A DNA stretch of 32,000 nucleotides. Origin: an uncultured Opitutales bacterium (GTDB lineage Bacteria; Verrucomicrobiota; Verrucomicrobiia; Opitutales; Intestinicryptomonadaceae). Position numbers and translations under genes: made by a program. Below, in pieces: positions 18,524-26,731 of this stretch (position 1 is the first letter of the stretch; every line of letters begins with the position of its first letter). Below the pieces are notes generated by a model. The model ran no database searches and was not told the DNA's origin. It saw nothing but the letters and a program-made list of their open reading frames with translations. Location: the NCBI GenBank assembly GCA_934660865.1, contig CAKUIA010000003.1, forward strand, positions 60,001 through 92,000, written 5' to 3'.

Positions 18524-18570
18524 ACAAAAAAATAAGCCCCCGCCTATAATAGTAAAGCGGAGGCTTTTTT
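18524..18570. terminator. Terminator-like hairpin flanked by an A-run and a T-run, in a divergent intergenic region (orphan: no annotated gene ends here)
   Basis: The stem gcccccgc (18536-18543) / gcggaggc (18557-18564) pairs at 7 of 8 positions with a 13-nt loop. An A-run lies at 18524-18535 and tttttt at 18565-18570. Confidence 0.45.
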
Positions 18571-18628
18571 GCTAACCATAAGACTTTTTTGAAACTAAAA
18601 TCGGGATTTCAAAAAGTTATTGTTGTAG

Positions 18629-18657
18629 ATAAAATGAACGTTTGTTCATTCTGTCAA
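18629..18657 (-). promoter_or_regulatory. Putative minus-strand promoter TTGACA-17 nt-TTTTAT whose spacer is occupied by operator palindrome 1
   Basis: On the minus strand, TTGACA is at 18657-18652 and TTTTAT at 18634-18629. The 17-nt spacer is gaatgaacaaacgttca. Confidence 0.4.
18633..18650. promoter_or_regulatory. Operator-like perfect palindrome AATGAAC-N4-GTTCATT (candidate TetR-family binding site)
   Basis: Perfect 7+4+7 inverted repeat read directly from the sequence, 142 nt upstream of the TetR start. Confidence 0.55.
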
Positions 18658-18664
18658 GATAGAA

Positions 18665-18682
18665 AATGAACAAAAATTCATT
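18665..18682. promoter_or_regulatory. Second operator-like palindrome AATGAAC-N4-ATTCATT (one mismatch), 32 bp centre-to-centre from the first
   Basis: It has the same half-site and the same 7+4+7 geometry. Its right half overlaps a weak plus-strand -35 (TTCATT-17 nt-GATAAA at 18677-18705). Confidence 0.5.
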
Positions 18683-18791
18683 TTTTGTGCGGCTATGCAG
18701 ATAAAAGTAAAAAACGCCCCTTTTGCAAAAAAGCAAAAAAAGCAACATACGGCTTGAAAAGCCCGATAAATTATGCGAGCCTTACCCGATA

Positions 18792-19358
18792 ATGTCTGCA
18801 ACTACAAAAGAAAAGATTTTAAAAACCACCTTTTTGCTGCTTTTGGAAAAGGGCTACGACAGGGTTTTGGTAAGCGATATTCAACAGGCTTTGGGGATTT
18901 CGAGGGGCTTGATGTACCGCTATTTTTCGTCGAAGTCTGACTTGTTTTTGCAGGCTTGCACCCAATATTTCTACACGCGCTACCTCGAAAAGCTCGACTA
19001 CGAAAATATGTCGCTAAGCCAGTATTTAGACTATGCAAAATTTGCGCTGTCGAAAATTGTGGATATAGACGGCTCGCCCGTTGAAATTTTAAAATACAAC
19101 ACCCTGTATTCGGCCTATATGCAGGCCGACGAAAATTTTAAACAGCTGCTTTTTGCGGGCTTTGCAAGCGCCAGAATGGTAATACACAACGCCGTTTTGC
19201 GCGGCGAGATAAAGGATATTTCGGAAAGCTTTGTGGGGGCAACGCTTCTTGCGATATTCGGCAGAACAAGCTATATTAGCGAAACGCCCTCAAACGAATA
19301 TGTGTGCAAGCGCATTGTAGAAGATGTAGACATTTTCTACAACCTCATAAAAAAGTAG
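18792..19358 (+). CDS. TetR/AcrR family transcriptional regulator
   Basis: 188 aa counted from the ATG at 18792. The N-terminal HTH is KEKILKTTFLLLLEKGYDRVLVSDIQQALGISRGLMYRYFSSKSDLF. The listed TTG start at 18723 is rejected. Confidence 0.85.
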   Translation: MSATTKEKILKTTFLLLLEKGYDRVLVSDIQQALGISRGLMYRYFSSKSDLFLQACTQYFYTRYLEKLDYENMSLSQYLDYAKFALSKIVDIDGSPVEILKYNTLYSAYMQADENFKQLLFAGFASARMVIHNAVLRGEIKDISESFVGATLLAIFGRTSYISETPSNEYVCKRIVEDVDIFYNLIKK

Positions 19359-19407
19359 CGGGCCAAATTTTTTGTTTTTGGCAAAGTTTTAAAGCCGAAT
19401 TTTCGGA

Positions 19408-19611
19408 TTAGTTGCCAAGCCAAAACTGCAGTTTTTCGAAAAACTCTTCCGTAGAATTTTCGCCTTTTTGCGCTTGGGCATTGTCTTTTTCGGATATGGA
19501 CGAATTGTCGTATATCCAGTTTTTGTTTTGCGGCGGCTGCGAAAACTCTTCGCTTTCGGCGCAGGCGTTTAGCAGCAGGGCGGCGGTTATAAAAAGTGCG
19601 ATTTTGGGCAT
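19408..19611 (-). CDS. Small putative lipoprotein, function unknown
   Basis: 67 aa counted from the internal ATG at 19611. MPKIALFITAALLLNAC has a lipobox-like sequence, followed by an acidic/polar mature part. Confidence 0.45.
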   Translation of the reverse strand: MPKIALFITAALLLNACAESEEFSQPPQNKNWIYDNSSISEKDNAQAQKGENSTEEFFEKLQFWLGN

Positions 19612-19681
19612 AACAAAACAAAATTTTTGCGCGGGGGCGTTTTCGGTCAACAAAATTTTTTAGTCGAAAAATTGAGTTGGC

Positions 19682-19714
19682 AAAAAAATAAAAAAGCCCG
19701 CAAAATTTGCGGGC
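19682..19714 (-). terminator. Rho-independent terminator downstream of purC
   Basis: gcccgcaaa / tttgcgggc hairpin at 19696-19714. The A-run at 19682-19695 is the T-run on the minus strand. Confidence 0.7.
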
Positions 19715-19736
19715 CATAATGTAAAACAAAAAAGCG

Positions 19737-20633
19737 TTATTTCATCAGCTTTTCCAACGCGCTCGAATAGCACTTTATCGTGTTTTCGATTACGTTTTCG
19801 GGCAGTGCGGGAACGGGCGGCTGCTTGTTCCACTTTAAGTCTTTTTCTAGATAGTCGCGCACATACTGTTTGTCGTACGAAGCCTGCGCTCTGCCGATTT
19901 CGTATTTGTCGGCCGGCCAATATCTGGAGGAGTCGGGCGTTAAAACTTCGTCGATAAGGAACAGCTTGCCGTCTTTGTCGGTGCCGAACTCGAATTTTGT
20001 GTCGGCCAAAATTATGCCGCACTTTGCAGCCTGTTCGTGCCCGAAATTGTAGAGCTTTATGCAGGCGTCTTTAATGTTGTTAAAAAGGTCTTGCCCCAAA
20101 AGCTTTGCACATTCGGCATTTGTTATGGGCATATCGTGGCCCTCCTGCGCCTTTGTTGTGGGGGTAAACAAAACTTCGGGCAGTTTCTGGCTTTCCTGCA
20201 TATTCGCCGGCAGCGTAAACTCGAAAAGCTTGCCCGTGTTTTTGTATTCCTTCCAGCCGCTGCCCGCCAAGTAGCCCCTTGCGATTGCTTCAATCGGCAT
20301 GGGGTTTAGCTTTTTAACTATCATAGACCTGTCTATAAGTTCGGGATAGTCTTTTAAAAGCTCTTTAATTCTTTGGCTGTGGTTTTCCACCAAGTGGTTT
20401 TGCATTATCGACTTTGTCTGTTCGAACCACCAAAGCGAAATTTGCGTAAGCAAAACGCCTTTGCCGGGCACGCCGTTTGGCATAATGAAGTCGAACGCCG
20501 AAATTCTGTCGGTAGCTACAATCAACAGCTCGTCGCCCAAGTCGAAGTTTTCTCTTACCTTGCCCTTCGAGATTTTTTTGAAGGGCAGGTTGTCTACGCT
20601 CATAAGAGCTTCTTTTGGCATATTAAAGTTCAT
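19737..20633 (-). CDS. purC: Phosphoribosylaminoimidazole-succinocarboxamide synthase (SAICAR synthetase)
   Basis: 298 aa with GKVRENFDLGDELLIVATDRISAFD and LADTKFEFG signatures. The exact start is uncertain: Met codons occur at residues 1, 5 and 11. Confidence 0.9.
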   Translation of the reverse strand: MNFNMPKEALMSVDNLPFKKISKGKVRENFDLGDELLIVATDRISAFDFIMPNGVPGKGVLLTQISLWWFEQTKSIMQNHLVENHSQRIKELLKDYPELIDRSMIVKKLNPMPIEAIARGYLAGSGWKEYKNTGKLFEFTLPANMQESQKLPEVLFTPTTKAQEGHDMPITNAECAKLLGQDLFNNIKDACIKLYNFGHEQAAKCGIILADTKFEFGTDKDGKLFLIDEVLTPDSSRYWPADKYEIGRAQASYDKQYVRDYLEKDLKWNKQPPVPALPENVIENTIKCYSSALEKLMK

Positions 20634-20654
20634 GCAATTCCTTTTTTGAATTTA

Positions 20655-22481
20655 TTAGAACGAGTCGGGAAGGGTTCTTTGTTTGATGTCGTTTACAATC
20701 ATTTCCACGGCGTCTTTATAGCTGTGTTGGCCGTCGAAACTCTTGTGCAGGCGCGAGCGTACCGACACCAGTTCGGCTTCGGCCTCTTTTTTGCCTATAA
20801 CAAACATGTGCGAAACTTTTTCGGTTTCGGCCCTGCGTATTTTACCGCCAAGCTTGTCGCCCGAAACGTCTATCGAAACGCGCACGCCGGCGTCTTTCAA
20901 CGCGGCAAACACTTTGTCGGCAAAAGGTATAACTTCGTCGTTAAGGGTTAAAATGCGCACTTGGTCGGGAGCCAACCAGGTGGGGAATTTGCCGCCGAAG
21001 TGCTCTATAAGCACGCCCGTAAATCTTTCGAGCGAGCCGAAAGGCGCGCGGTGAATCATAATAGGGCGGTGTGGCTTGTTGTCGGAACCTATGTAGTTAA
21101 TGTCGAAACGTTCGGGCAGGTTGTAGTCTACCTGAACGGTTCCCAGCTGCCATTCCCTGCCGATTACGTCTTTAACGACAAAGTCGATTTTCGGGCCGTA
21201 GAAGGCCGCTTCGCCCAATTCTTCGGAGAAGGGCACGCCCAGCGATTTTGCCGCTTGGCGTATTGCGTTTTCGCTTTTGTTCCAGTTTTCGTCGGAGCCA
21301 ACATACTTGTCGCTTTTTGGGTCTCTTAGCGAAATTCTTACGCGGTATTCCTTCATGCCTATTGTTGCGAACACCGTTTTTACCAAATCCAGGCAGCCCT
21401 GAATTTCGGCGTCGAGCTGTTCGGGGGTGCAGAAAATGTGAGCGTCGTCTTGGGTAAAGCCGCGAACGCGCGTCATGCCGTTAAGTTCGCCCGACTGCTC
21501 CCAGCGGTAAACATTGCCGAATTCGGCAAGGCGAACGGGCAAGTCTCTGTACGAGTGCGGGTCGCTCTTGTAAATTTGAACGTGGAAGGGACAGCTCATG
21601 GGCTTAAGCAAATAGCCGTCTACTTCGCCCGATTCAAGCTTCGTTTCGTAGTTGGCAATGTCTTCGTGCTTTGCCGCCATTTCGCGCAGGTCGTCCCTTT
21701 CGATAATCGGCACAAACTGCGAGTCTTTGTAGTAGGGGAAGTGCCCGCTTGTGCGGAACAGCCCCAATTTGCCGATTACGGGCGTAAACACCTGCTGGTA
21801 GCCCTGTTTGTTTAAAAGCTCCAAAATAAAGTTTTGCAGCGACTGCCTAATCATTGCGCCTTTGGGCTTCCACAAAATAAGGCCCTGGCCAACCTTGTCG
21901 TCGATAAGAAACAAATTCATTTCCTTGCCGAGTTTGCGGTGGTCGCGCATTTTGGCTTCTTCGAGCTGCTTTAGGTATTTTTCAAGCTCGTCTTTAGATG
22001 CAAACGCAGTTCCGTATATGCGCTGAAGCTGCTTGTTGTTTTCGTCGCCCCTGTGGTAGGCGCCCGCAACCGACAAAAGTTTAAACGCCTTTACCTGCTT
22101 TGAATACTTAACGTGTTCGCCGCAGCACAGGTCGCAAAAGTCTCCGTTTTTGTAGAACGAAATTTCCTCGCCTTCGGGAATGTCGGACAGTCGGCCCAGC
22201 TTGTATTCGGCTTGCCCCAGTTCCTTTATCTTCTTTTCGGCGTCGGCTCTCGAAAGGGTGAATTTTTCGAAGTGCTGGTTTTCGTTTACAATCTTTTTCA
22301 TTTCGGCTTCGATTTTTTCCAAATCTTCGGCCGTGAATTTATGGTCCAAGTCAAAGTCGTAGTAAAAGCCTGTTTCGGTGGCCGGGCCAATGTCTAACTT
22401 TGCTTCGGGGAACAGTCTTAAAACCGCCGTCGCCAATATGTGCGAGGCGCTGTGTCTAATCTTTGCTAATTCGCTATCCAT
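20655..22481 (-). CDS. thrS: Threonine--tRNA ligase (begins at the editing/SAD domain; no N-terminal TGS domain)
   Basis: 608 aa. The start is IRHSASHILATAVLRLFPEAKLDIGPATETGFYYDFDL. Class II catalytic and anticodon-binding regions follow. Confidence 0.95.
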   Translation of the reverse strand: MDSELAKIRHSASHILATAVLRLFPEAKLDIGPATETGFYYDFDLDHKFTAEDLEKIEAEMKKIVNENQHFEKFTLSRADAEKKIKELGQAEYKLGRLSDIPEGEEISFYKNGDFCDLCCGEHVKYSKQVKAFKLLSVAGAYHRGDENNKQLQRIYGTAFASKDELEKYLKQLEEAKMRDHRKLGKEMNLFLIDDKVGQGLILWKPKGAMIRQSLQNFILELLNKQGYQQVFTPVIGKLGLFRTSGHFPYYKDSQFVPIIERDDLREMAAKHEDIANYETKLESGEVDGYLLKPMSCPFHVQIYKSDPHSYRDLPVRLAEFGNVYRWEQSGELNGMTRVRGFTQDDAHIFCTPEQLDAEIQGCLDLVKTVFATIGMKEYRVRISLRDPKSDKYVGSDENWNKSENAIRQAAKSLGVPFSEELGEAAFYGPKIDFVVKDVIGREWQLGTVQVDYNLPERFDINYIGSDNKPHRPIMIHRAPFGSLERFTGVLIEHFGGKFPTWLAPDQVRILTLNDEVIPFADKVFAALKDAGVRVSIDVSGDKLGGKIRRAETEKVSHMFVIGKKEAEAELVSVRSRLHKSFDGQHSYKDAVEMIVNDIKQRTLPDSF

Positions 22482-22500
22482 TTGTTATTCTTTCGCTGTT

Positions 22501-23412
22501 TTAAAAAATGTATGAAATCGAGAACGTGCCGTATACGTTCATATCGGGGCCAAAGTCTTCGCCCAAAGGCCCGCGGCAGCCTTGGCCGTCGTTATTAACG
22601 GCGTAGCCTACGCCGCAGCCGAACTTTATTTGTCTGTTTAAAATCCAGCTTAGCCCGCCGTAGGCCTGAATGTATCCGTACGAATTTTCCCAGTATTTGC
22701 CGTTAAGCTCGTTGTTCGACGAAAACCTTTCGGCTTTCGCGTACGACGCGTATATTTTTATGTCTAACGACAGGTTTTTTATGGCGGTTAAACTTTCCAG
22801 GCTAAACGACGGCGCAAAGCCCGCCATAACGCCGTATTGGTAAAAGCTGAAATTGTAAAAGCCGTAAACAAAGGGCCTCAAAAAATGGTTGCCTATAAAG
22901 CCTACGTATATGTCGCCCGAAAACCTTTCGCCGCCCCTTTTCGATATGCGCGAATCGGCGTTAATGGCGTCTTCGGTAAAATAGAGCGTGCCGCCTATGT
23001 CGAAATCTACAAACTTTGAAATGTTGTACACCCAGCCGCTTAAAACGCAAAGGCTTTTTGTGTAGTGCCCGTTGTCGGGCAAAACGCCCGTTATAACGTT
23101 GTAGCCCTCGCCCGCAAACAGGGGGCCGCGGTCTTCGAAAATTGCGGCCAGGGCGTTGCCCGATGCTTTTTTGCCCTTGTAGATTGTCGCCGATCTGTAT
23201 TCTATGCCCAAAGACGTAAAGCGCTCTTTGTCTACACCGAAAGCCTCGTTGAAATCGAAATTTTCGGCTATATCCCAGCACGAGGGGTTTATTTCGTACC
23301 ACGACTTAAATTTATAGCCGCCGGTGCCGTCGAACAAAGCAAGGCGGCCCTCCTGCGCATTTGCAACGGCGCACAAAGCCGATATAAAAATAAACGCCAA
23401 CAGTTTTTTCAT
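22501..23412 (-). CDS. Outer-membrane beta-barrel protein, function unknown
   Basis: 303 aa with a signal peptide (FISALCAVANAQ). Aromatic/Gly-rich strands alternate, and the C-terminus is ...YGTFSISYIF with a terminal Phe. Confidence 0.65.
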   Translation of the reverse strand: MKKLLAFIFISALCAVANAQEGRLALFDGTGGYKFKSWYEINPSCWDIAENFDFNEAFGVDKERFTSLGIEYRSATIYKGKKASGNALAAIFEDRGPLFAGEGYNVITGVLPDNGHYTKSLCVLSGWVYNISKFVDFDIGGTLYFTEDAINADSRISKRGGERFSGDIYVGFIGNHFLRPFVYGFYNFSFYQYGVMAGFAPSFSLESLTAIKNLSLDIKIYASYAKAERFSSNNELNGKYWENSYGYIQAYGGLSWILNRQIKFGCGVGYAVNNDGQGCRGPLGEDFGPDMNVYGTFSISYIF

Positions 23413-23530
23413 TAAGTTTGTATATGTGGTGGTAATTAAGCAGTAGCCGGTAGTATGTTAAAGAAGCAAAGATACGCTATGTAGGGGCTTTTTAGCAACA
23501 CAAAAATGTTAAAATAAAGACGCGGCAAAA

Positions 23531-23572
23531 AAGAAAAAACCGCGGGCGCATATTGCCTTTCGCGGTTTTTTT
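23531..23572 (-). terminator. Terminator hairpin downstream of tatA
   Basis: A ccgcg (23540-23544) / cgcgg (23561-23565) stem is extended by A/T pairs, with A-rich and T-rich flanks. Confidence 0.6.
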
Positions 23573-23590
23573 AGCGTTTTTACCGAAAGC

Positions 23591-23830
23591 CTAGTCTTTT
23601 TTTTCGTCGCTTTTGGGCTGTTCGGGCTTTTTGGGCTCTTCGTCTTTCATTGCCTCTTTAAAGGTTTCTTCGGCTTCGCTTGTAGCCTTTTTAAACTCTT
23701 TAATAGACTTGCCCAGGCCTTTCGCCAATTCGGGCAGCCTTTTTGCGCCGAAAAGGAGTAGTATTATTAAAAGGATAACGAGCAGTTCGGGCCCGCTTGG
23801 CATACCAAAAGCTATAATATTGTTCATCAT
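23591..23830 (-). CDS. tatA: Twin-arginine translocase subunit TatA/E
   Basis: 79 aa counted from the ATG at 23830. [49 protein letters not shown] is followed by a charged tail. Confidence 0.85.
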   Translation of the reverse strand: MMNNIIAFGMPSGPELLVILLIILLLFGAKRLPELAKGLGKSIKEFKKATSEAEETFKEAMKDEEPKKPEQPKSDEKKD

Positions 23831-23967
23831 AATCCCGCTACAATAGACTTTAAAACGGTGCGTAGTCAATTTTAATTTTCATCTTTCTTTTTGCCTTTGA
23901 ATGTTGACATTTTGCCGTTTAGCCTGCAAACTGTTCGGATTAAAAGTATTTTCAACTTATACATTAA

Positions 23968-24606
23968 ATGAAATCGAAACGTTCGGCTTTTACCCTGATA
24001 GAAATTATGATTGTTGTCGGCATTATTATAATGCTGATGGGCATTACAACGCAAATGCTAGGTTCTTCGACAGACGCGCAGGGCAAGGCGCGCGCCAAGG
24101 CCGATATGGAGCTTATTGCCGACGCTTTGGAGCAGTTTCGCTCGGTTTACGGCGACTACCCCAGAATTTCGTGTGCGGGCGAAGAAAAGTACTCGGCGGC
24201 GCGCTTGTACCAGTGTCTGGTCGGCAAGATGTATATGGTCGCTAAAAACGGGCAGATAAGCTTTCTTTCAATGTCCGACGATTCTCCCCGTAGGCCCTTT
24301 ATAGACGCCAGCAAAATGAACTTGGGCAGCATTCAGGGCAACGACGACGGCATTGTAGACCCCGAAAAATCGGGCGTGTTTTTTGCAGACCCGTGGGGCG
24401 AGCCCTACATTTACATATACGACACCTCTTCGGTTGTAGGCGCCGAATCGGCATGGCTTAGCCCGAATTACATTCTGCTTTGCAAGGGTCCCGACAACAA
24501 GGCATTCCCCTTCGGCTCGATGTATATGGACGGCGTATTGCGCGACGTGGAAGCCTACCGCAACCAAAACGGCAACGAAGACAACCTTATAAGGGGCATA
24601 GACTAA
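23968..24606 (+). CDS. GspG-like (T2SS/type IV pilin-like) pseudopilin, probable major subunit
   Basis: 212 aa with class III signal MKSKRSA|FTLIEIMIVV. GspG-like blocks are KADMELIADALEQFRSVYGDYP and FADPWGEPYIYIY. It is the first gene and is followed by a 104-nt spacer. Confidence 0.8.
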   Translation: MKSKRSAFTLIEIMIVVGIIIMLMGITTQMLGSSTDAQGKARAKADMELIADALEQFRSVYGDYPRISCAGEEKYSAARLYQCLVGKMYMVAKNGQISFLSMSDDSPRRPFIDASKMNLGSIQGNDDGIVDPEKSGVFFADPWGEPYIYIYDTSSVVGAESAWLSPNYILLCKGPDNKAFPFGSMYMDGVLRDVEAYRNQNGNEDNLIRGID

Positions 24607-24710
24607 CCCTTAAGGCAAATAAAACCGCGGGCATAAAAACTCCCTATTGGCGCATTTGCAGCACAAGAATTTCAAAACAACAAAAAAACACATTACCCTA
24701 TATACAAAAA

Positions 24711-25340
24711 ATGAACAAAAACAAAAAAGCGTTTACTTTGGTTGAACTTCTAATAGTTGTGGGCATTATCGGCGTTTTGGTGTCGGTGCTTATGCCCGCA
24801 ATGAGCACGGCCCAAAAGAGAACATCCATAATGAAAACAAGGAATTTCCTTGTCGCAATGAGCACGGCGCTTGAGCAGTACCAAAGCGAATACGGGTTTT
24901 TCCCCGAATTTTTAACCCAAAAAGACAGAATTAACCTGGACGACGGTAACAATTCCGAATATATGGTAAAAGCCCTTACCGGCGTCAATCCCGACGGTAT
25001 GAAGCTTTCGGTTGCCGACAAGCGTGCATACAACCGCAAGGCCGCCCGCTTTATAGATTTTAACAACGACAACCTTATTCAGCCCGAAGGTTCCACCCAA
25101 TGGAAGCTGGTAGACGCATTCGGCAATCCCAATATCTACGTTTGCGTAGACGGCGACAGCAACGGCTTTATAAAGCTCGGCCTGCCCAGCGTTTCCGACG
25201 GCCTTACAAGCGAAGAGGTAAGGGAGCAAGTGCCGAATTCTTCGATGGGCGTAAGGGCAAAAGTGCTTATGTTCACCTTGGAAAAAGACTCGAACAAACC
25301 GGGGGCAAATTTCAGCTCCGAAAACGTATACAGCTGGTAA
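24711..25340 (+). CDS. Second GspG-like pseudopilin paralogue
   Basis: 209 aa counted from the ATG at 24711. MNKNKKA|FTLVELLIVVGIIGVL, TALEQYQSEYGFFPEF and VDAFGNPNIYVCVDGDSNG are present. Confidence 0.8.
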   Translation: MNKNKKAFTLVELLIVVGIIGVLVSVLMPAMSTAQKRTSIMKTRNFLVAMSTALEQYQSEYGFFPEFLTQKDRINLDDGNNSEYMVKALTGVNPDGMKLSVADKRAYNRKAARFIDFNNDNLIQPEGSTQWKLVDAFGNPNIYVCVDGDSNGFIKLGLPSVSDGLTSEEVREQVPNSSMGVRAKVLMFTLEKDSNKPGANFSSENVYSW

Positions 25341-25343
25341 TAT

Positions 25344-26045
25344 ATGAAAAACAGAAACGCTTTTACCCTTATAGAATTGCTTGTTGTCATTGCCATTATT
25401 GCGGCAATGGCCGTGGGCTTTTCGAAGATAAAAATGGGGGGGTCTACGCAGTTGGCGCAGTCGGCGCAGCAAATTTTAATGTCTACTTTCTACGAGGCCA
25501 AAAGCGCGGCGCAGGCAAAGCAGGCAAGGGTTCGCGTTCTTATCTTCAAGGGGCGCGACTACGAAAGAATGTTGCGCCACATAGGCGTTGTGTACGAGGA
25601 TATGGACGAAAACGGCGAATCGAAGGGCTGGATAGCCATAAGCGAATCCATGTTGCCGAAGGGTGTTTTCTTTGTTCCCCCCGAAAGCGATTTTCAAAGC
25701 TTTTGCACGGTTAACCAAAACTATCAGGTTGGCGACGTTATAAAAAGCACCTTCAATTCGGGCGCAAGCGGCGCCCCTACAATAGTGGGCATTTCCGAGC
25801 TTAGCAAAAGGGCGCAGTCTATGTCGGAAGGCAACGGCGACTGGTACTGCTACGAATTTGCCCCCGAAGGCTTTTCGGAAAACCCGTCGGCGCTAGTTGC
25901 GGTTGCAATGGGCGAGCTTGGGCCAAAAAATTTGCTTATAGTAGAAAACCCCAACGAGCAGCTCGGCTTTGTTATCCGCAGGTTCGGCAACTGCGTCGGT
26001 TTTTCCGACTACCTCGAAATGGAGACGGCAACGGTAAAAAAATAG
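25344..26045 (+). CDS. Pseudopilin, GspH/FimT-like
   Basis: 233 aa. MKNRNA|FTLIELLVVIAIIAAM is followed by AKSAAQAKQARVRVLIF, which resembles GspH. Confidence 0.7.
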   Translation: MKNRNAFTLIELLVVIAIIAAMAVGFSKIKMGGSTQLAQSAQQILMSTFYEAKSAAQAKQARVRVLIFKGRDYERMLRHIGVVYEDMDENGESKGWIAISESMLPKGVFFVPPESDFQSFCTVNQNYQVGDVIKSTFNSGASGAPTIVGISELSKRAQSMSEGNGDWYCYEFAPEGFSENPSALVAVAMGELGPKNLLIVENPNEQLGFVIRRFGNCVGFSDYLEMETATVKK

Positions 26046-26061
26046 CTTAAAAATTTTCGGT

Positions 26062-26727
26062 ATGTACAGCATTATAAAATCCTTTAAACAAAAGCTTCGC
26101 GGCAGGGCAAAAAAGGCGTTTACGCTTGTCGAAGTTATGTTGGCGGTGGGCGTTATTGCAGTTTCGCTGACGGCTTTGGTGGGCCTGCTAGGCGCAATAA
26201 CCGCGTCGGTAACGCAAATTAAAAGGCAGTCGAAAGCGCTTTCGCTTGTGCAGAATGTAGAGGCGTATTTGAAAAGCAAAACTTTCGACGACGTATACTC
26301 GTGGGTTGAACACCCCACAAACCCCTACGTTATCTATTTTTGGGACGAGTACACCAACCCCGAAGACCTCGACAACACCGCTTTGGTTATGTGCTCTTCG
26401 GAAGACACGGGGCGCACCCCAAATACCCCGCCCGACAGCGACGAGCTGCGCAACAGGGTTGCGGGCGATATCTACCGCGTTGTTTTAACCGTAAACGGCG
26501 AAATGCTTGAGGGCAGGTTTATAGACGCCGCCAACATAGATACGGCCGCCTCCGGCTATCAGATTGGCTCGAATTTGCCCATTGTGGAAAACTACGCCGA
26601 GGCGTATCTGCCCATTAGGTGCGAAATTATGATAGACCCGAGAACCGATATTCTCGACAAATCGGCAACCGAGGCCCAGAACGACCAGCGCAGGGTTGCC
26701 GAATCGACGATAATGAAATTGAGGTAG
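26062..26727 (+). CDS. Pseudopilin, GspI-like, with an unusually long 19-aa leader
   Basis: 221 aa. MYSIIKSFKQKLRGRAKKA|FTLVEVMLAVGVIAVSLTALVGLLG. Confidence 0.65.
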   Translation: MYSIIKSFKQKLRGRAKKAFTLVEVMLAVGVIAVSLTALVGLLGAITASVTQIKRQSKALSLVQNVEAYLKSKTFDDVYSWVEHPTNPYVIYFWDEYTNPEDLDNTALVMCSSEDTGRTPNTPPDSDELRNRVAGDIYRVVLTVNGEMLEGRFIDAANIDTAASGYQIGSNLPIVENYAEAYLPIRCEIMIDPRTDILDKSATEAQNDQRRVAESTIMKLR

Positions 26728-26731
26728 TGCT

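Noticed and set aside
18544-18579. 11-codon minus-strand mini-ORF (MVSKKASALLL) overlapping the orphan hairpin, considered as a pheM-type Phe leader peptide for pheST attenuation
   Set aside because: It contains no Phe codons, so it does not fit the classical phenylalanine attenuation model. The hairpin is kept as a finding, but this mechanism is not claimed.
18723-18791. TTG-initiated 23-codon extension of the TetR ORF
   Set aside because: The start codon is non-ATG and the extension is lysine-rich. TetR HTH homology fits the ATG at 18792.
24480-24710. 77-codon upstream extension of the second pseudopilin ORF
   Set aside because: The extension overlaps the 3' end of the first pseudopilin gene and is Arg-rich. 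The prepilin leader MNKNKKA|FTLVE defines the start at 24711.
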